DNA of 64,000 bases from positions 1 through 64,000 of the IMG/VR virus record IMGVR_UViG_3300032431_000004; one strand, 5' to 3'. The translations under genes were made by a program, and so were the position numbers. Below, in pieces: positions 58,203-64,000 of the stretch (the stretch's first letter is position 1; each line of letters begins with the position of its first letter). Source of the stretch: a virus. The notes below the pieces were generated by a model. The model saw only the letters and a list, made by a program, of their open reading frames with translations, searched no databases and was not told where the DNA came from.

Positions 58203-58745
58203 ATGTTCTCAAGAAAAAAGAAGGAGCAACCGAAAAGGGATGACTCAAATTACATTTATTTTGAATCAGATCTGGCGTTCCCTGCGGCGGCGGGTAAGTC
58301 GCGCCATGCATTGGCGGCATACCGAATCAGCGATCGCACCCGATATTTACTACCAACTAAATCAGAAAATCAGGGCATCATTGCGGCAGCACTGTCGGCT
58401 GAGCGTCGGGCTGAAAGGCGATCGCTTATAGAAGAGCTGTTTTACGGCACGCCAACCCACGGTGTCAGCTTCACCGCTGCCTTCAGCTTCCCAGTCAGAA
58501 GCACCACCATTTTTGCTTATGGGCTGAGGCTAGCAACTCCCGGCTATGATTCCAATGCGATCGCCCGTGGAGTTTGCAAGTTTTTGCAATGGCAGGCGGG
58601 CGAACTGAGGATAGATCGGTTGCTTTTCCAAGGTGAGTTGAGCATCCCTGAAGCGGATTTACTTCGAGCAAACCACGCAATAGTGAAGATATTTTGGCTA
58701 AGCGCGATCGCTTCAAAATATGCGTCAATCATTGGCAGCCGCTAG
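58203..58745 (+). CDS. Hypothetical protein
   Basis: Abuts DUF3307 stop and overlaps pilin gene. Confidence 0.6.
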   Translation: MFSRKKKEQPKRDDSNYIYFESDLAFPAAAGKSRHALAAYRISDRTRYLLPTKSENQGIIAAALSAERRAERRSLIEELFYGTPTHGVSFTAAFSFPVRSTTIFAYGLRLATPGYDSNAIARGVCKFLQWQAGELRIDRLLFQGELSIPEADLLRANHAIVKIFWLSAIASKYASIIGSR

Positions 58746-59200
58746 GGTTTACGCTAATAGAGCAACTGGCCGCGATCCTGATAGTTGCGGTGTTGAGCGC
58801 GATCGCATTGCCTTCCTACCTGAATCAGAAGGATAAGGCGGAAGTTGCCCACGCTACCTTAATTGCTCAGTCGTTCGTTGTCCCTTTGCTGGAATATCGC
58901 CTGATGCATGGCAATTTCCCTCCTGACGTTAATGCCAATGTTGCCCCTGTGGGGTTAGAGGATGTCTGGGTCAATGGGTCAGCAGCTCCATTGCGATCGC
59001 CGTTCGACTATGAACACCACGGACTAGGGAACGGCGGTGGGGATGGCATGGGGCAATGCCTCATAATGATTACCTGGTTTGGCAAAAACCAGATTAGAGA
59101 TCCCGCAACATCGGTTTACAGCGCGATCGCCAGTGGGGATGATGTGATTATCAGGGTGGCTACTTACGATTGCGACCAACCACGTAGGAGTATTCGCTAA
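58694..59200 (+). CDS. Type IV pilin-like protein
   Basis: G|FTLIE...ILIVAVLSAIALPSY class III signal peptide; C-terminal Cys pair. Confidence 0.85.
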   Translation: MAKRDRFKICVNHWQPLGFTLIEQLAAILIVAVLSAIALPSYLNQKDKAEVAHATLIAQSFVVPLLEYRLMHGNFPPDVNANVAPVGLEDVWVNGSAAPLRSPFDYEHHGLGNGGGDGMGQCLIMITWFGKNQIRDPATSVYSAIASGDDVIIRVATYDCDQPRRSIR

Positions 59201-59926
59201 ATGCTGTTAGACGATATTGAGGCTGCCATCTCCACCGATAACGGTAGCTTATTGCTGCACTACCAGCCGCTCAAAAAGTTGCCAGATCTGGACAAGCCAC
59301 CGCTCTTTTTTGAAGCACTCGTTAGAATGAAGAACGGCAAAAAGATTGCCCCTGCCAGCAATTTCATTACTGCGGTGCTACACAATCCATCGCTGGCGAT
59401 GCGACTAGATGAATGGGTGCTGAGGTCTGTAGCGGCGCAAATGCGGACGGACGACTTTAGATATGCCGTGAACGTTACCCCGGCGTCCCTACACCAGCCT
59501 GGGTTTCTTCACCTGGTAAAGGACATATTTGAGGACATTCCGAAGCATAGGCTGGTGATTGAGGTGATTGAAACCAGCCAGCTACACGAGGAAGCGATCG
59601 CATGTGTCAAGGATCTGAATGAACGGTTTTGCACCTACCTTGACGACGTAGGTGAGGGGTGGTCAAATCTGAGGGCGATCGCTAATCTGTCTGTTTCCGG
59701 CTTAAAAATCCACGGGCGCTACATTTCTAATATGTCTGCCTACAAAAAACATCGGGCAATCGTAGGCGGCGTCTTTGACATCTGCCAGAGCCTTCAGCTG
59801 GAATGTGTGTGTGAATGGGTAGAGACTCCGTTAGAAGTTACATCCGTAGCGCTAAGGGCGGCAGACTACCCATTCCTGAAGCTGTACCTACAGGGCTATG
59901 AGATTGGGAGGCCAGAGGCTAAGTAG
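59201..59926 (+). CDS. Stand-alone EAL-domain protein (c-di-GMP phosphodiesterase-like)
   Basis: LHYQP, EALVR, VN, IEVIE, LDDVGEG, LKI, EWVE, QGY. Confidence 0.88.
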   Translation: MLLDDIEAAISTDNGSLLLHYQPLKKLPDLDKPPLFFEALVRMKNGKKIAPASNFITAVLHNPSLAMRLDEWVLRSVAAQMRTDDFRYAVNVTPASLHQPGFLHLVKDIFEDIPKHRLVIEVIETSQLHEEAIACVKDLNERFCTYLDDVGEGWSNLRAIANLSVSGLKIHGRYISNMSAYKKHRAIVGGVFDICQSLQLECVCEWVETPLEVTSVALRAADYPFLKLYLQGYEIGRPEAK

Positions 59927-59945
59927 TGGCGCATTCAGCCTAAGC

Positions 59946-59978
59946 AAAAAGAAGCCCCGCCAATACGATGCGGGGCTG
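59946..59978. terminator. Terminator hairpin between convergent operons
   Basis: AAAAAGAAGCCCCGC-loop-GCGGGGCT. Confidence 0.65.
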
Positions 59979-61014
59979 TCTGTGTGCGTGTCGCTAGTAT
60001 TCTAGCGTTGATTTAGTCTGTCAGGACTCTGACAATTCCATCGAGAGAGTGCTTTTTAGCAAGTTTAATCAGGTCTTTAGTAAGGTCTGAACTCCTCTTC
60101 AGACCTTTTACTTTCATAGCAATTACTTCTTTACTTGCTATGACATCGGAGGGATGGTTCAGAACGCAAAAATCGGGATGGACTTCCTGGACTGACTGCG
60201 CGGTCATCAGCTTCACTGGATGAATTGATTGCAGCAACGCTTGGGCTAAGGCTGCGTTTTCATTTTCTGCGCGGTGAAACGATGGGTTAACCGTGACCCC
60301 GTTAACGCTGAAACCTAAGATTACAAGGTAGTCTTTCATGTGCGATCGCCTTTCAATTCTTTAATCAATTGCTCCGCTACGATTAACCGCGCTGAACAGT
60401 CTGCGAACTTGTAGCCACGGTTCCACCAAAGATGTTCATCAAACCAATGATAGTCGTCATCGTAAGGGCATTGTCTGTCATTTCCCTCCTTCGATGCTGC
60501 GTTGCAGCCTTCGTCAAACCACGTTTCAATTTTTGTGCTTTCACTGACAAGCGCGATTGGCTTAAACCCTTCAGCCATGACCCCCGACCAGTCAGACTGA
60601 CCCTGACCCCACCGCACAATTAGGCAGCTAATGTTGTCATGCCCAACTATATAGGCAGACTCTACCGTTACCACGAAGCTTGGCTCCCACCCTCTTGAAA
60701 TAAGGTGGGTTAGGGTTTGCGCGTCTATCGGACTGAGCTTCCCCTTGGTGCCGACAGGGTACTTTAGCTGCAACGCTTGTTCTTGGGTGAATTGATTAGT
60801 CACGTGTGATCACCTCTCGTGATTCTTTCAAAAAGGCTCGAAATGTAAAGCAGGAATAGCGGCACGAATGGCATACAAAGGATTGTGACTGCCCACCAAG
60901 GAACCAGGACTCCAAACGCTAACAGCGCGGAGCTGGTAATTTTCCCGATAAAATACGCATTTGCGATCACAACGAACCCGGCTGCAACGACAATAGCTAA
61001 AAGCTTAGGTGTTC

Positions 61015-61458
61015 TCATGGGTGATCGCCTTCCAAGTTTTCCACTAATTCAAATCTTCCACCAATACCGACTCTCAACCAATCGACCTCAGATGAGATTG
61101 CACATGACCTACCACGGCCATGAGGATTAGAATCGGCAACTAATCCCTGAGAAAAGATCTCATCCCTCAGCCCACCGTGTGACGGGCATTCCCAGCCCAT
61201 TACTTCTAAATGGTTCCACAGGTTTTGACACTCTGGACAGGTAGAAAACGCGCTCCATTCGCCTTCCCATAACCCCTTTGCCCGCCAGTAATGTTCACCG
61301 GGCGCGATCGCCTTTTGACATTCGCAGCACCGATGGTATTTTCTGGCCTTTACAGGCTTCGATTCGTATACGTCTGGCCCTTGCTGATCACACATTGCGA
61401 TCGCCCTCCTGCGTTGGTTGGGTAAACGAACTGACCTCCTCCCGATCCGCCATGCCAA
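61015..61458 (-). CDS. Cys-rich phage protein (true start probably MCDQQ)
   Basis: ARKYHRCCEC...I.PGE.Y....G.WEG......TCPEC. Confidence 0.6.
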   Translation of the reverse strand: MAWRIGRRSVRLPNQRRRAIAMCDQQGPDVYESKPVKARKYHRCCECQKAIAPGEHYWRAKGLWEGEWSAFSTCPECQNLWNHLEVMGWECPSHGGLRDEIFSQGLVADSNPHGRGRSCAISSEVDWLRVGIGGRFELVENLEGDHP

Positions 61459-61760
61459 CCTGTCTTTTTACCTTCATGCCATGGCCTTCAAGCATCTGGG
61501 CAGTTGCTTCCGCCACCTCTGCTAGGGAATAATTTGAATCCACAACGACATCAAACACCTTTTGACTGGAGTACATGGAGAGAGACCTTACAAATGGGTG
61601 AACCTTTAACCCCTGCATATCTTTCAGGACGTCTTGATCTAGAACTCGGGCAAACGCAACTTTTACTAAGCCATTGTTTTGTGAGGTTGTGACAGTAGCA
61701 GAAGAGACGGGCTGAATCGAATCAAAATTGATAGTCATAGGGAAATCTCAGTAGGTAGAA

Positions 61761-61788
61761 TGCCGGGGCGCTCCTCCCGGCTGTGCGC
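61761..61788 (-). promoter_or_regulatory. Conserved leader hairpin motif, copy 4
   Basis: Reverse complement GCGCACAGCCGGGAGGAGCGCCCCGGCA upstream of gene starting at 61738. Confidence 0.6.
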
Positions 61789-61813
61789 TGTGGAGCTGGC
61801 AATTATGGGAGTT

Positions 61814-62146
61814 CTACTTTGGGCGATCGCCCTCTACAGTTTCATCCCAATCTGGTTGCCCGCCATGCCATCGTTTCATCCAAGCCCGTTTCAGCGAGTT
61901 CAGATCTAAATGTGACTTTTCTACGGCACCTGCCTTGACAGCCTTAGCCCGCTTGGATGGAGTCAGATCGTAATGGGGCACAACTGAACGCTGGAAATAT
62001 TCGCGCTTCAGCCCGATTGACTTTGCAAATGCGTGTAGCTCGTCTAGGTTTTCGTCACATAAAAGGTGGCACCATTGATTGCCATGCCGCCGCGCTTGAT
62101 CGTTTCTTGGGGTAGCCGTAAACTGAACATCAACGTATATAGCCAT
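61814..62146 (-). CDS. DUF4031 protein
   Basis: IYVD, WCHL, ELHAFAKSIGLKREYFQ, PHYDL...KRAKAVKAGA. Confidence 0.85.
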   Translation of the reverse strand: MAIYVDVQFTATPRNDQARRHGNQWCHLLCDENLDELHAFAKSIGLKREYFQRSVVPHYDLTPSKRAKAVKAGAVEKSHLDLNSLKRAWMKRWHGGQPDWDETVEGDRPK

Positions 62147-63149
62147 TTTCTCTGCCCTCTACCTGCTCAATTTCAGCCAACCTCACACGCGATCGCCTTC
62201 CAGTAACAGGTAAAGCCCAGCCAGCGTGATTGCATCTCCAACATCAAAATAAGCTTTGTCGTTTGACTTAGACATTTCCACAAGCCGATCGCCGTCTAGG
62301 TCATAAAGGAAAGCAACGAGGCGAACCCACAAGCCTTTGAACGGAGTCACTACTAGCTTGTACTTACTTGTCTTGGTTACGCTGTTGCAATACTCTTCCG
62401 CAAATACCATGAAATCATCAATCGAAACTTTTTCGACATAGCCAGAATGCACAACGGAAGGATTGATCTTTTTAGCAATTCCCATAGCTGACGCGATCGC
62501 CATTTTCTTGGTAGCCGAAGACTCAGAGGTGGCGATGCTTGAAAATACCTCTTTCGTTATGGAACTGGACAAGTCAATGTGCTGCAAAATTTCTTTAGTG
62601 TTCATTCCAAATTTTCCTTCTGGTTGGTTAATTCAATCTCAGCCACAATTAATTCAGCGCGGCTGGCCATCCCCAGCAGGGCTAGCCAGATTACATCAGC
62701 TTGGGTGATGCCCCGTTGTAGCGCGATCGCCCTGCACAACCCCCTAGCCTGTGGAGTTACCACAGTTAGCCGCACTCCTGCGTTATGGAGGGAGTTAGGA
62801 TCGCGGCTATTGTATCCGCCCTTGTTAGCTGTCAATTGGCTCCTTGCAGGCTTTCGTATGCCTTCGTCACTAACTGAGCTGAGATGGCGATCGCTGTTCC
62901 TTGGTGAGAGTGGTGACCGTCTTGCGGCTTCAGCGAGAGCTTGATGGATGCGGTAATCGCGTCCTCAATCGCTGCTTCCATAGAATGAGAAAACGCAGCC
63001 ATAGATGTAGTGACAGAGCCTACCTCTGTTGGGCTAAAGCGTTTTGTAGCTGTCACTGATACTGCGTAAAGTTGCATGTTTTCTTTTCCTGTGCGGGCTA
63101 TACAAACTAATGTACCGCAAAGGATGAACCGTTGTCAACAGTTTATTTC

Positions 63150-63515
63150 CTACAAGCTCAGCAGTCTATAGCCCATCGCCAAAATCTCTACAGTTTCACT
63201 CTTCTGATGGTTGCCCAGTACCGGGCTGTCAAGGTCTTTGACCCAATGCTGATTAGAGTGCAAGTCTCCGTGGCAATCTTGACAAACTGGGAATACGTCA
63301 AGCCCTGGCAATTCACGGCCTGCGATCGCGCCGTAGCTATCTTGATAGCGAATATGATGAACCTCCACCGATGGTCGGCAGAGGCAGTAACAGCAGGTTC
63401 CTTTTGTGGAACGATGGGCGATCGCGCATATCTGTTTCCAGTAGCGATCATCATAGCGATCATCGAAGGTAACTTTTTTTAGTTTGAGATTAAGCGATCG
63501 TTTTTTATACCCCAT
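63150..63515 (-). CDS. HNH endonuclease
   Basis: CCYC....VEVHH..Y...VCQDCH..LH. Confidence 0.75.
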   Translation of the reverse strand: MGYKKRSLNLKLKKVTFDDRYDDRYWKQICAIAHRSTKGTCCYCLCRPSVEVHHIRYQDSYGAIAGRELPGLDVFPVCQDCHGDLHSNQHWVKDLDSPVLGNHQKSETVEILAMGYRLLSL

Positions 63516-64000
63516 TACTTTTCTTCTTATCGATCAATGCCCTCAGCAAATTAGCGGCTTCATCGGTGAGCGGCTGTTTGGTGTACTTCTGCCAAAACTT
63601 TTTTAGTTCTGATGTGGTGAGCTGACGCCCTGCCTTTTTTTCAGCATCAGCAATGCCAGCATAGAGATCGCCTTGCTTTAGGTCTACGTCTGGAGTAGTC
63701 AGGGAAGGTTTGGGGATGGCAGTAAAAGTAGGCTCGGGGATAGTTGGTTCTGGAGCTTCTGGCTCATCCATTCCATAGACAATCTCTTCATTGCTTTGGT
63801 TGAGTGTCCCACGATCAATTTCAGGTTGTGAATCGGGATACTGAGGAAGGAAGACTAGCCGCCAGCCGCTTGCTAAATTAGTCAAGGCAATTACCCGGTT
63901 AGGGTCAAACGTGTTGCCATTCAGGTAATCATTGAACTGAGTCGCCAGCCGATCTCTGGCCTGCACGTTATCAACGATGCTGCGTGCCCCTGACAGTGCT
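63505..64000 (-). CDS. Hypothetical protein, C-terminal part (5' end outside window)
   Basis: Open frame extends to the window edge. Confidence 0.5.
   Translation of the reverse strand, partial: ALSGARSIVDNVQARDRLATQFNDYLNGNTFDPNRVIALTNLASGWRLVFLPQYPDSQPEIDRGTLNQSNEEIVYGMDEPEAPEPTIPEPTFTAIPKPSLTTPDVDLKQGDLYAGIADAEKKAGRQLTTSELKKFWQKYTKQPLTDEAANLLRALIDKKKSNGV

Larger units (their letters stand above)
586..64000. mobile_element. Temperate cyanophage (siphovirus-type tail, Mu-like head); ends not in window
   Basis: Replication, packaging, head, tail and lysis modules all present; HIP1 abundance points to a cyanobacterial host. Confidence 0.9.

Noticed and set aside
1-64000. tRNA/rRNA genes, integrase, att sites, RAMP/Cas7-like effector
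   Set aside because: None recognisable by eye; tRNAscan-SE and structure-based searches would be needed to exclude them.

Overview
The window is the interior of a large temperate cyanophage (prophage or phage-plasmid) from a HIP1-rich cyanobacterium; GCGATCGC occurs about 3 times per kb where counted. From left to right: (1) the 5' end of an IS200/IS605 TnpB-related gene and an XRE repressor with divergent promoters. (2) A rightward early region with a Dda-like helicase, TOPRIM/DUF3987 primase, UvrD-like helicase, three DNA methyltransferases, RuvC, an HD hydrolase and many small genes. (3) A leftward block of virion/fibre-like genes and Mu-like packaging genes (gpG, gpF, DUF935 portal, terminase) interrupted by accessory genes. 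(4) A rightward block with Mu-like protease, capsid and neck genes, a non-contractile tail, lysis genes and a DUF3307-pilin-EAL accessory operon. (5) A leftward arm of small early-type genes. No integrase, transposase, reverse transcriptase, cas gene or tRNA was seen. Three structures are not explained by these genes. First, two tandem, separately promoted and terminated ~95-nt units at 45130-45340 built from a constant triplet (CUC; GAG on the + strand) alternating with variable dinucleotides, which resemble guide RNAs with a non-contiguous code. Second, a dispersed family of ~300-bp inverted-arm elements (4 full, 3 half copies) whose arm resembles a sequence inside the primase gene. Third, two free-standing genes made from fragments of the phage's own tape-measure protein behind a duplicated promoter. 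All family calls are from motif recognition by eye; no database search was run.
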